46,136 bases of DNA from Callorhinchus milii (taxonomy: Eukaryota). Positions within the stretch are counted from its first letter, which is position 1. Each line of letters begins with the position of its first letter. Under the pieces are notes generated by a model. The model saw nothing but the letters and a program-made list of their open reading frames with translations. It made no database searches and had not been told where the DNA came from. The position numbers were made by a program, and so were the translations under genes. Shown here one piece after another: positions 22,526-34,300 of this stretch. The DNA lies in assembly GCF_018977255.1 (NCBI RefSeq), contig NW_024705421.1, forward strand, positions 1 to 46,136. Reading direction: 5' to 3'.

Positions 22526-25264
22526 CAATCAATTAAGACCCGAAATGGTTGATTAAATCCTTCCAATGATTGCTAAGCCAGAATCTATCTTCTCGGTTGA
22601 AATTGTCTCTGTGTTTGCATATGTGGATAGCCTCATGAACGAACCTCTCATGGTAGCCAGATGGATTGCAAAGAACCTCCAAGACAGAGGTTCTTTGCAA
22701 GCCATCTGGCTATCATGGACTGGGTTAGGGTTAGGGTGGTTCTTTCGGTAAAGTAACGTCGATAGAAAATAAAAATTATCAAATAAAATAAAAATACTAA
22801 ATAAAAATATGATATTTAAAATAATAAAAACAAAAAACCCACATTGATATTTTTGGTTCTTTCAGGAAAGTCACGTAGTTAGAAAATTTAAATAAAATAA
22901 AAGTAATGAAATACAATTTTTCTTTTAAAATAATAAATTAAAAATAATAAAAGCTTTTATTATTTTCAATTCATGATTTGTATTTAAAATTTTATTTTAT
23001 TTTCTATCGACGTAAAGAATATGGCGTGGAGATGCTGAGAGTCAGTGCGGTTGGTAAGGTGTGATTGGGTTGGTGAGTGAGGTTGGTGAGATGCGTGGTG
23101 AGTGTGTCGGTGAGCACCTGGAGGATTCGCCTCCACGGCCGCCTTTGTCTCCCCCAGTGGCGATGTTCACTCCACACCGCACCAGGTACCCATCTGAGGC
23201 TGAGTCGACCTCTCACTCTCTCACTGTCTCACTCACACGCACTCACTCACTCACAAGCGCGAGTTCGCGTTTTCAGGCGATATAAAATAATTAATATTTC
23301 ATGCCAGTTGGTTCTGAAGTGCGGCTGTTTGTAATTTGTGCGTTCGTAAGTCGAGGACTGTCTGTAAATAAAGATTCCGATTGTGGATGTGGGGCTTTAA
23401 CCGTGGGGTGAGCTTGGCCCGATCCGCGGGGCGTGGCTTGACCGACAGTGGGCGGGGCATAGCCGCGAGGGGCGTGGCTTATCCAGGAAGTGGGAGGAGT
23501 CTCGCGCCTACGTAGGGGCGTGCAATAACCAAAGGGGGCGTGGCGTGTCACCCTGCGCTGACCAATCGCAGAGGAGAACGCGAACCCTGGACTCCAACCC
23601 CGACAAGCGCGCTCCTTTTAAAGTTAACAACAACATTGTTCAATGTAAGTAGCGCCTCTCTACTTTATTGTTGTTTTATTTGTTTATTACATCACTTGTG
23701 GTGCCGTGAGTCGAGTGATGTGCGTCAATAACCTTGCTAGACACGGCTAAGCTTTTAATCAGGGGCGCCGCGGTGGCGAGATGTTAACTACCTCGCCAGG
23801 CCTACAGCAGCGTGCAGGTTCCATCACGACCCTGACGCCTGCTCTGTATTTGTACATTTTTATTTCCCCCGTGGTCGCATAGATTCTTCTCCTGGTCCTT
23901 CGGCTTTCCCCTCCACATTTAGAAACGTGACTTTAGAAGAGTACTTGGCTGCTATAAATATCCACATGATAAGCCACTAAGTTGAGCTGTCGTTTGTGGC
24001 CAGGTCGCTTCTGATAAGAGCTATAAAGCTCTGTGGGCCTTACCTGGTAAAATAGAAATAGTTTATAGTTTAGTTATAGTTCATAAGAACTCGTGGCAAG
24101 GGTCAGTGTCTACTTCAAATATTGTTCAGGTTCTGGAGACCGCCAAAGTTATTCGTGATGTTATACATTTTTTCGTTTTGAGCATAATCGCGACCTTATA
24201 TAATTATTACGTGAGGCACACGCTGAATATACGCACACACACATCGTGTACACGTGTGTCGTGCCCTCTATTGTCTACAACTCTACATAGACGGCTTGTG
24301 CTGACTAGAGAACGGTCTTAACGAACAATGTCGTGACATGTATCAGCCCTTTGTCGATCCGGCGTTTTGATAGAGGCCTCCCCCACACCATGTCGTTCGT
24401 GGGAGTTGTTTAACCATACTTCACCATGCCGGTCAATGCGGGTTTGGTGAAGTGAGGAGGCCCAGAAACTATATGCAGGCACGAGTTGGCCTGTGCTTGC
24501 ATCTGCAGAATTACAATCTCACACATCTTCAAGTATAGTTTAATACTTCTAGAAATACATTTATTCTTGAGGATTCCATAAAGTACTGTGGTAAAAAGAA
24601 AACGACTTGATTTGAATGCTTGTTGAACAGGGAATGCTTTGAGTTTGTGGGTTGCATCTATCTGTGCTGAGTTGTGTTATTTCCCCATATGCAAGTGGGG
24701 TCTTTCTGGGTTCCACTCACACAAACATCTCAATGCAATGAGACCTTTCTGAAAATGCAGTACTTAGACTCAATGAGGCTTTCCTGGGTAACTAGTTAAC
24801 ATTGTAATAATTAGCATGAGAGAAAATGACGTTGACTTATTAGTGCCATTAATAGTACTATACTGTACTTTTATTGAAGACTATTTTACGTAGTTGTTTG
24901 TAAAAAAGTGTCCATTCTCAAAACTTTTTGACGGGCCCTCGTACAGAAATGATATTACAATCTTTGGAGATTGCGAGTCAGAGTGTTGTGAATAGTGGAC
25001 TGAACGTGTGGTGCCACCATTATATTGTTGGTGTATTTATACAGAAAGGCCTATTTGGTGGGTAACATTAGGAAAATGGAGGTAGTTAGTCATTGTTGTT
25101 AAACAAAATCTTATTTGGGTGGATGAGAGGAATAAAATCGTACATGATAGGAATATTGTGGAGTTCTGGTATAATGCGTTCTAGTATATATGAATCTTAT
25201 GTCACCTTAAGTATGCCTTTGTGAGTACACACATGACACGGGTGACCTTTGTCTTTTGTTTCAG

Positions 25265-26090
25265 ATGTGCGAGAACAACTCCGCTGCTGCTAGTCATAGT
25301 GGTGCTGGGAGAATCGCCTTGACCATCGATGGCGCTTCACCAGCACCCATCTTAACCCCACCTCAATGCGATCGAGTTACAAGAGGGAAAAAACTAATCT
25401 CTTGTGACGTTTGTGGGAAAAAATTCCAACTGGCATGGTGCCTAGATTCCCACCTCAAAACGCACAAGGAGACCCATGAGCAGTGGTGCGGCACATGCGG
25501 ACAAATATTTGATCAGCCAGGAAAATTAAAAAGGCACATGAAGACCCACGAAAAGGATTATTTGATAAAGGGTGCACCAGGCTTGGTAAACAACGGCAGT
25601 TTTGCCAATGCGGTGTTGAAGCCACCGTCGCCCTATGAGATGTGCTCAGTCTGCGGATTTTTATGTCCTATTGAAATCTTGAAAACTCATGAAAGTCTTC
25701 ACGCACAGTTTTTGTACAGACCGAAGCCTGAACATGATTACGCTTCGACAAAAGATAGTGGCGTTAAGATAAATGACATGAAATCCAATTTTCTTGAATG
25801 CTTTGGCCTAGTTCCACGTCAACAAACTGCTTCACCAGTCAGTGAGAATAAACCATACGCTGCTCTCGATCCTATTACGAGCATGAAAGTGTTGATGGCC
25901 TTGCAGCAGAAGAAGGAAAAGCGAAGGGGACGTAAGTCCATTAAAAGAAGAAAGACCACCACCAGCGTAACCAATTGCAGCAGTAGCAACAGCCAGAATT
26001 CGGACATCAAGAGGATGGACTGCACGGAAGCAGGAGGCTGCGTGGAGCAGAGCATCCCCAAGGTGGATGAACCCAACCTGGCACCTTTGG
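25265..26090 (+). CDS. C2H2 zinc-finger protein, coding exon 1 (intact copy)
   Basis: tttcag|ATG acceptor; fingers CDVC..F..L..H...H, CGTC..F..LKRHMKTH and CSVC...HESLH; basic NLS-like KKEKRRGRK; phase-1 donor g|gtacgt. Confidence 0.85.
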
Positions 26091-27135
26091 GTACGTCCGA
26101 GTAATGCACACACTACATTTCATTTGGGTGTAATTCATAATTTCACAAATGAAGTAATGTACGCATGTGCTGACCATATTTGTATGCCAGTGCTGAGGAG
26201 TCTAGAGATCTGATGTGGTGCTGCTCGGATGTTGGGTTAAACTCTGGGTTTCAGTCACTGAGCCATGATTAAACTGGCTTCTCATTGATGGTCTTATCCA
26301 GTTACCAAACACTTCTTCCAGCAAACACTTCTGTTGTTGCGTGGCATGTAGGAAATTGAAAAACCTCGAGTGGATAAAAAACGGTCACGAAGGGATGTCA
26401 TGAGTAGTGCAATGATATCTCCTTCCACAAGCTGTTCTCTTACATGAGGTGGTTCACTGCTGTGTGAGAGTTGCACAGGGATACTTCATCTCATGACATG
26501 GAGCCAATAGCACGATTGGAATGAAACTGAGCAAATACATTGTTTGACAAATTCCAAAAAGTGTCTGTTAATTTCTTAACCGGGGTAAATTTGATTTAAA
26601 CAAGTGGGTCAATTTAGGGAACATTGTTAAATGAATAGACCGAGTCATTTCCATAATGGGAATTTCCTCTTCATTGTACTAACACCTAACTTCCATGCAC
26701 ATTTACTCGTTCTATTGCAGGTAATTATTGCTAATTAATGAGCTGTAATAGAATAATCTGGCTCAACCACCTCAGTGTTAAATTATAGTTGTTGCTCTGC
26801 ATCAATATCAACCATACGAAGAAGTGCAAAATGTTGGGGCTTCAAAATAAGCCCCAAAAATGTGTTCTTTTGATATTTTTCAGGAAATCGGTTTCTTGCT
26901 TTTCTACTATTTGTACGTATGTTGAACTTCTTTCGTACCATACGTAGCCAACCGTGCTAATCGGAGGTATTTGTTGCTGGCCATTTGGCATTTTGGGCCT
27001 TTGGGCCTGAGGTCAGCAACCGTGATTGATAAACGTCCCATGTACATAGTGATGTTATGGCATCCACTGCATGGTGATGAATAAATGATGGATTAGCGCG
27101 TGCGTGTGCTCAATGGTGGATGTCTTGTGTTCCAG

Positions 27136-27344
27136 AGGAAAAGCCCTTCCCGTGCAGTGACTGCTCGTACAGAGCGACACAGAAGTCGCAGCTCAAGAGA
27201 CACGTCCTGAGCGTTCACCACGTGCCCTTCGATAGCGCGCTCGACTCCGACTGCCCCAAGAAGAGAAGGCGGCTGGCTGGGTGCCAAGACAGCGGCCCAA
27301 CTACGGATTTGGAGCGCGCACGATGCACACGGAGAACTTCCTGA
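27136..27344 (+). CDS. C2H2 zinc-finger protein, last coding exon (spliced product 344 aa)
   Basis: ttccag| acceptor is phase-compatible: EEKPFPCSDCSYRATQKSQLKRHVLSVH; 826+209 nt = 345 codons including the stop. Confidence 0.85.
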
Positions 27345-28851
27345 TGATTTATTTCATCCTGAGGCTGAGGTACCACGTGTGGGGCGATGAACTCAAGGTT
27401 TTGTGCTGCGGACATTTCCATGATGAAATTCCGTCATGTTCACTGCTGCCGAGGTAACCTCTATTTTTAGTCAATTGCTGTATTTTCTTGTATACAATAT
27501 ATTTAATAAATTGCCCTAATTTCATAACAAAGGTTTTTGGGTTAGATCGCGTAAGTATAAATTATATAATTGATTAGTAATCATTTAATTAGTATGTTTC
27601 CTCTATAAGTAATGATAAATGTAAGATGTCTTCTTCTTCCACGCGTTTGTCCCACTCACGTGGGGTCCGCCGTCCTTGCCACCTTCTCCACACCGCCCCG
27701 TCCCGCGCCATCTCTCCCTCCGCTCCACGGGCCACCACGTTCGACCGCATCACCACATCGCCCCACGTCTTCTTCTGCCTTCATCTCCTCATCTTACAAT
27801 CACAATTACTTAATAACACGCTTCCAGCCGCACTAAGCCTGTAGCTGTCAGAGCGGTTAAAATTATTTGTATTTCTGTCAGTTTCAATGGATTCGCGAAT
27901 TTGTCTTGGCCAGTAATAATTAGTTTTACACAAAACTTCATTGTTATCAAAATAATTTGAGTGTCGTTGTTGGAAAGCATGTTCTGCAACTTCCAACAGT
28001 TATGTTTGAGAGTGTTTAATATTTATTTGGTGTTCTTTTAGTCTTACGCTAATGTTATGTCCCTTCTGTCCAATATAACATCTGCCACATAAGCAATTAA
28101 TCCGATACACACCATATGTTGATAACTTAGGCAATTCATCTTTAGTACAAGATGAAAAAAAAATTGTGTACCATTCCATTTCTTACTAAACTCGAACTAA
28201 TTTGTCAGTTACTCCCGCGATATGTGGTATTTTAATAGTTTTAATAATCTGATCGCTTTCAGCAGTATTGCTGTTCGATCTAGGTTTGGTATTCACTGCT
28301 CTGTTAATTTGAGCATTATTGTAGCCATTCAATCGTAGCGCTTCTTTGACATGTTTAATCTCTCTCCTCAGACTTTCACCATCTGACATTGTTTTAGCCT
28401 GATGTATGAGCGTCTTGATGAGAGATGATTTCTGTGCGGGGTTCCCTTTCGGTAAACGCAGTGTGTTATTTTACCATTTAGGCCTCGTCCGAGCAAAATA
28501 TCCAGGAAAGGGAGTGTGTTATTCACCTCCATTTCCATGGTCAACTGTATGGCCGGGTTTTTTTAATTGAGATGATTTAGACATTCATTCATTAAGTGTA
28601 TCCTTACCATGTGGGCAGACAATAACTAAACCAAAAGATGGTTTTAATATACTTGTGAAGCAAGTGCTCTTGCTTCAAAGTTCTCCATGTACAGATTCGC
28701 TACAGCAGGAGATAAAGGAGAGCCCATTGCTGCTACTTCCTTTTGTTTAAAGAAATCACCTCTCCATAGGAAATAAGTCTGTTAGAGGCCACGGGGGGGG
28801 GGGGGGGGGGAGTTTATCGTTGTGTTTGTCGCTGCGAGCAGACGGCGCGCA

Positions 28852-28995
28852 ATGGAGAGCTTGCTCAGAGCGGAGCTGGACACGGACTCGGCGAGGCCGC
28901 TGGGCGCTGCGACCGGTGGAGGCTGCATCAGCGTCGGGCAGAGCTACGAGACGGGGCGCGGACACGTGTTCACCAAGATCAACGCCAAGAGCGGG
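28852..28995 (+). pseudogene. FN3KRP: FN3K/FN3KRP exon-1-like fragment
   Basis: MESLLRAELDTDSARPLGAATGGGCISVGQSYETGRGHVFTKINAKSG. Confidence 0.78.
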
Positions 28996-29339
28996 GCTCC
29001 CTCCTCTACACCTCCTCTATGCCACCTTGCCTCTTCACCTCACCACCTCACCTCCTCTACCCTCCTCTTCGCCTCCTCACCACCTCGCATCCTCGCCTCA
29101 ACCTTCATTCAGCCCTATAATTGATGTCTTTCCACGCGCACCAGTATCACTCGTTTTTTCGCTGCGACTACTACCACCACCGTGGTGAATGTTGCAGTGA
29201 ACTTCACCTCGTTAATTCCCCCTCCACCCACGTTAAGGGACTCGGTCTACCAGACACTTTGACCGCTTCGTCTCTTCCACTCCGCGTTCAACCACCGCGC
29301 CTCACTGCAGTTCACAACAACGCACTCAACTAAACAACT

Positions 29340-29790
29340 CGGTCATCCACTCACTCAATCACACACTCATTCAGTCACCCACTCACTCAATCACCCACTC
29401 ATCCAGTCATCCACTCATCCAGTCACCCATTCAATCACCCACGCATCCACTCACCCACTCACCCACTCATCCAGTCACCCACTCATCCAGTCATCCATTC
29501 AATTACCCACTCACCCACTCACCTACTCACCCACTCATCCAGTCACCCACTCATCCAGTCACCCGCTCATCCAGTCACCCACTCATCCAGTCACCCACTC
29601 ATCCAGTCACCCATTCAATCACCCACGCATCCACTCACCCACTCATCCACTCACACACTCATCCAGTCACCCACTCATCCAGTCACCCACTCATCCAGTC
29701 ACCCATTCAATCACCCACGCATCCACTCACACACTCATTCAATCACCCACTCATTCAGTCACCCACTCATCCAATCACCCAGGCATCCGG
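29340..29790. repeat. (TCACCCACTCATCCAG)n minisatellite; also at 30380-30670 and shorter at 3230-3350
   Basis: Visible 16-bp-period degenerate tandem repeat. Confidence 0.9.
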
Positions 29791-29930
29791 TCACTGACTC
29801 AATCATCCTATCACACACTCCTCCACTCGTTTAGTCAAACACTCACCCATTTACTCACCCACCCGCTCACCACCATAGGGGGGGGGGGGAGTTTATCGTT
29901 GTGTTTGTCGCTGCGAGCAGACGGCGCGCA

Positions 29931-30074
29931 ATGGAGAGCTTGCTCAGAGCGGAGCTGGGCACGGACTCGGCGAGGCCGCTGGGCGCTGCGACCGGTGGAG
30001 GCTGTATCAGCGCCGGGCAGAGCTATGAGACGGGGCGCGGACACGTGTTCACCAAGATCAACGCCAAGAGCGGG
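29931..30074 (+). pseudogene. FN3KRP: FN3K/FN3KRP exon-1-like fragment
   Basis: Fourth full copy, ~1.08 kb in tandem with the 28852 copy. Confidence 0.78.
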
Positions 30075-31014
30075 GCTCCCTCCTCTAGACCTCCTCACCA
30101 TGCCACCTCGCCTCCTCTACCCTCCTCTTCGCCTCCTCTACACCACCTCGCATCCTCGCCTCGCCTTCATTCAGCCCTGTCATTAATGCATCTTTCCACG
30201 CGCACCAGTATCACTCGTTTTTTCGCTGCGACTACTACCACCACCGTGGTGAATGTTGCAGTGAACTTCACCTCGTTGATTCCCCCCTCGACCCACGTTA
30301 AGGGACTCGGTCTCTTCCACTCTGCGTTCAACCACCGTGCCTCACTTCAGTTCACAACAATGCACTCAACTAAACAACTCGGTCACCCACTCATCCAGCC
30401 ACTAACTCAATCACCCTATCACACACTCATCCAGTCACCCACTCACTTAATCATTCTATCACGCACTCATCTCGTCACTCACTTATCCAGTCACCCCTTC
30501 ATCCAGTCACCCCTTCATCCAGTCAACCAATCATCCAGTCACCCATTCAATCACCCACACATCCACTCACCCACTCACCGACTCATCCACTCACCGACTC
30601 ATCCACTCACCCACTCATCCAGTAACCCATTAATCCAGTAACCCACTCATCCAGTCACCCACGCATCCGGTCACTGTCTCAATCACCCTATCACACACTC
30701 CTCCACTCGTTTACTCAAACACTCACCCATTTACTCACCCACCCGCTCACCACCATACAGGTCACCTCACTCTTTTCAGCTTAATCAGTTTGCACTGCTC
30801 CACTCTGGAATCCCCACCCGGTCTTCCTATTTCCCCAAACTCTTGCAACAATAAACTTGATCAATTTAAGGAACGTGTTTCTATGATCTTAATTATCTAA
30901 TTACTTTTCGATTTAAAGCTTTCGTGACTGCAGGGATTCATCTTCTTGGTTCTTTCGGTAAAGTCACGTAGAAGGGAAGTAATAAAATAATAAAAATAAA
31001 ACATAATAAAACAA

Positions 31015-31063
31015 TTCTCACGACGTTTCGGCCACAACGCAAGCAGCCGTCCTCAGGTGAAAA
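31015..31063 (-). ncRNA. Minimal type I hammerhead ribozyme
   Basis: Identical core and stems to 762-810. Confidence 0.88.
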
Positions 31064-31286
31064 CCAGGTCCGTCGAGGCGAAAGAGTCTGAATGAAACAG
31101 CACACGAGCTTGGAGCATATATATAAGCTGGGCGCATTGACAAAGGAATTTGCATATCAAAAAAAATTTAGCATATTTATGGGAAATGCAGGAATGTGAT
31201 TAGTACTGCATATGCATGTGCATTATGCAGGATTAACAGCATCAAAGGGAGCTGCAGTTACTGCTGCTGCAGCAGTTGCTGCTGCT

Positions 31287-31316
31287 NNNNNNNNNNNNNN
31301 NNNNNNNNNNNNNNNN
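31287..31316. other. Assembly gap (30 N)
   Basis: N run starting inside the CTG microsatellite. Confidence 0.99.
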
Positions 31317-34300
31317 CCATCTTCGCGAGAGAGGGAAAACCGTATATCGTTGTTGGTTTCGCCGCGTGTGCAAACGGCCTATCAGAGGAACAAAGTACGC
31401 CACGGTAGTCCGTAAGACTATTAAGAGACCAATACGATACGAGTATACCCACCCGCGGTCCACCCGTGGGACTTATCAAGTACGGTGAGGACCGGATTGC
31501 CAATAAAGCGGCCTACGGGTAAACCCATCTAAAATGGAGGGCCAGTCCCTATGAAGAACCGACACACGGGCCGCTTATGAAGGTGCTGATGGTGAGTCGT
31601 CCGATCACGGCCACCGTTAGCCACTGAGTCAAAAAACAGTTGTAAGGAAAGATTGGTGATCTTGACTCTGACAAGAGTCGGCAACGAAATCGAATCCGTG
31701 ATGCGGGCCAACAAAACACACTGTGTATCGATTGGCTATCTGATACCGTAACCGTAGCGACTTTTGTAATATTCCGGGGCTAATAACAGAAAAAGGCAAC
31801 GTACTTTTCACCGCAGTTGAGTCAAAAATTGGCTCAGGAGCCCAATGTGGAAGCACCCCCCCTACCTAGTCGGTGTTCTCGCGCTTGATTGATTAGGCGA
31901 GCGAATACAAGTAAATGGGTCATCAGAGTTGCTACTTGTTGCTCTCCTTTAGGATCTACCCCAGAGCTCCGGTCGGGCGAGCTGAACGGATGGTGACCTG
32001 ATCGAGTGCAGCCACTCCTGTCACCCCGCTCATTGTGTATACTCCCAAGCTTCCGTTCAAATGCTCTTTTCCCTGAGGCTTGCAAGTTCCTGGATACCGA
32101 TATACCCCACTAGGAAGCATGAGCTCGCCATGTGCCAATTTGCGCCCTGACGGGGACTACGTTCCGATAACAAGACGTGACGGATGATCTCAGCGATAGC
32201 AGTCCTGGGCGTCTTGGCGGCAAATATGCCGATTAACCCCTTCACTGAACGCCAGTCGGTGGCGTGGTGTCAACCGAACGAATGGTGTCGCGCATACGTT
32301 TGTAGGTCGGCTAGGCCCAAAGTCAGTGCGCCGAGGGCGAGGCTACGAGGTAGCAGAAACTTCAATGTTGTTGCAGGGTCGACGCGGCATCCCCCAATCA
32401 ACCGTGACAGTTCTTGGTAGCAATTGGCACCAGAACGTCCAGCTTTCCTGTAGCATACTGTTTAATCTGGTGGTGTATGTCACACGTTGAGCACAAAGAG
32501 TAGTTGACATCGCTGCAACATGTGGTAGCTAAGTGGAATGCTAGGTAAAAACTTTTCGCCAATGGGTGATCCTCTTATGCATACGCGTTTGATCAAGCTT
32601 TCAAAAATCAGTTAATTATTACGGGTATAGCGGCCCCAGTCATGACCCGGCTGAACTTGGCCTGTGTAGTCGACCGAGGCGCAAGACAATCCCTGCTAGG
32701 CACCGAAGGTGTCACCCGGGTAGGACGTTAGCTTAGAGATCGAAGACCGCTTCGAGATAGTGCTTCCAATATAATTACTGCATCGGATATCCAGAACATG
32801 CGTCTTGCGGCCGGTCTACCAAGCCCGTAGGCATAATGGGACATTTTACCCCTAAGATGCGAACGGACACATTGATCGTTTGCGCCATGGACCATATTTG
32901 TTGTTTTGCAAATCGTAATGGATCGCCTTGCATGCCTCTAATCCGCTCCGCGCTCTACAGCCAGTGCCGGACCTTTTTGCTCCGCCTTCATAGCCTTCTA
33001 TGCACCATACGACTAGCATGTTGTAGATACTACTAGTAGTTATCCCGTTGACAGAATTGTAAGATACCACTCCTGTCTCTTCGTGCCGAAAATCGGAGAA
33101 ACAGTATATAAAACATTACGGCGGCAGCATCGTAACAGCTTGATAGTCAAGCTGGTCCTGTGCATGAAGCTGTGCTATTGAGCTGCAAAAGTGGAAATAT
33201 CGTACAAAGGCTATTATCACGATATCGACCTGGCCTATTACCATCATCAAACGCCGGGAGTTCTCGCCTCTAAAATTAAAAAGCGTTGGGACCCCAATTC
33301 GAGTGAGTTGTGACTATACTTGGCGCGTACAGCGCAGTCCAGAAGACCGGGTAGACCTCAGTAGCATCCGAGCACGATGGTGCATTGGTTTGGAGTAAGT
33401 AAGAACCTGTGAATGTCGATAGCGCAGGCTGATGATGCAATTTTCTCACAAGTGGGTCGGATATTGAGTTAATTGTTTAACCAGGTTGGATTCGACAAGT
33501 TGACGCCCTTGTATTGCCGCGATAATTATCCACGACTCGCATCGGCAAAGGGGAACGCAATAAGAACGGTTGAGGGCCTCAATAGGCCCAGAATGTTAAG
33601 GTAGAATGAAGGCATGGGGACATTACCTTGTTCGTCGTCACCTATTCTGATTAACGTTTGGTCTATTTGAGCATGGGAACATTCTACGACCGCGATTAAA
33701 ACTTTACCACTCAGAGTAAGGAAGTTCTCGGGTTCGGGGCAGCGACATATAACTGATACAGGGTCGTCTCCCTACTATTAATTCGGGAGCTAAACGGTTC
33801 CAGTAAAAGATATATGATGTATCACCGAAGGTATCACCGCACCACATCGCGACATTAGACTACTTAGTGAAGATTTTGAGGCCAAAACATAAAAATTGCG
33901 TACCACAACAAGGAATGTACTGATTGTCACAGCGAGCGGGTGCGCGGGACGCGAGCCATCCTTAGCTCGTATCCCAAACACACTTCATACCAGCTGACCC
34001 ACGAATCGAACTTTACACGGCAATGAGAGCGAAATCGGGGAGGCATTCGCCCAACAATCAAGGTGGCAATGGCATGATAGTCGATTAACGCCTAGAGGGA
34101 CATACGTATAAGCAGCATGATCCATGCGGCGTAGAAGCACAAATCTCAGGCCGTACCGATTCATGTAGCAAGGGGTCATCTGTTCGATAACTGCAGTCGC
34201 AAGTGCACCGTAGTCAAAGGGCCGATCCTTCTAGGTCGAGAGCAAAGCAATGTGGATATGAAAGCCGGCGGATCATTTGATTAGACCCGTTTTACGTCAC

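Larger units (their letters stand above)
16289..29020. repeat. Tandem segmental duplication unit 2, lacking ~2.0 kb (the PLE RT/EN region)
   Basis: Near-identical to unit 1. The offset drops by 2021 bp at the junction gttgctgcagagcttcgagacg (~17346), which joins the CTG repeat directly to the FN3K fragment. Confidence 0.93.

Noticed and set aside
29340..29790. Array that might be CRISPR-like
   Set aside because: Head-to-tail minisatellite with no unique spacers and no cas genes; eukaryotic context.
29901..30641. 246-aa ORF starting with the FN3K fragment
   Set aside because: The open frame beyond codon ~58 comes from stop-poor TCACCCAC repeats and is not kinase sequence.
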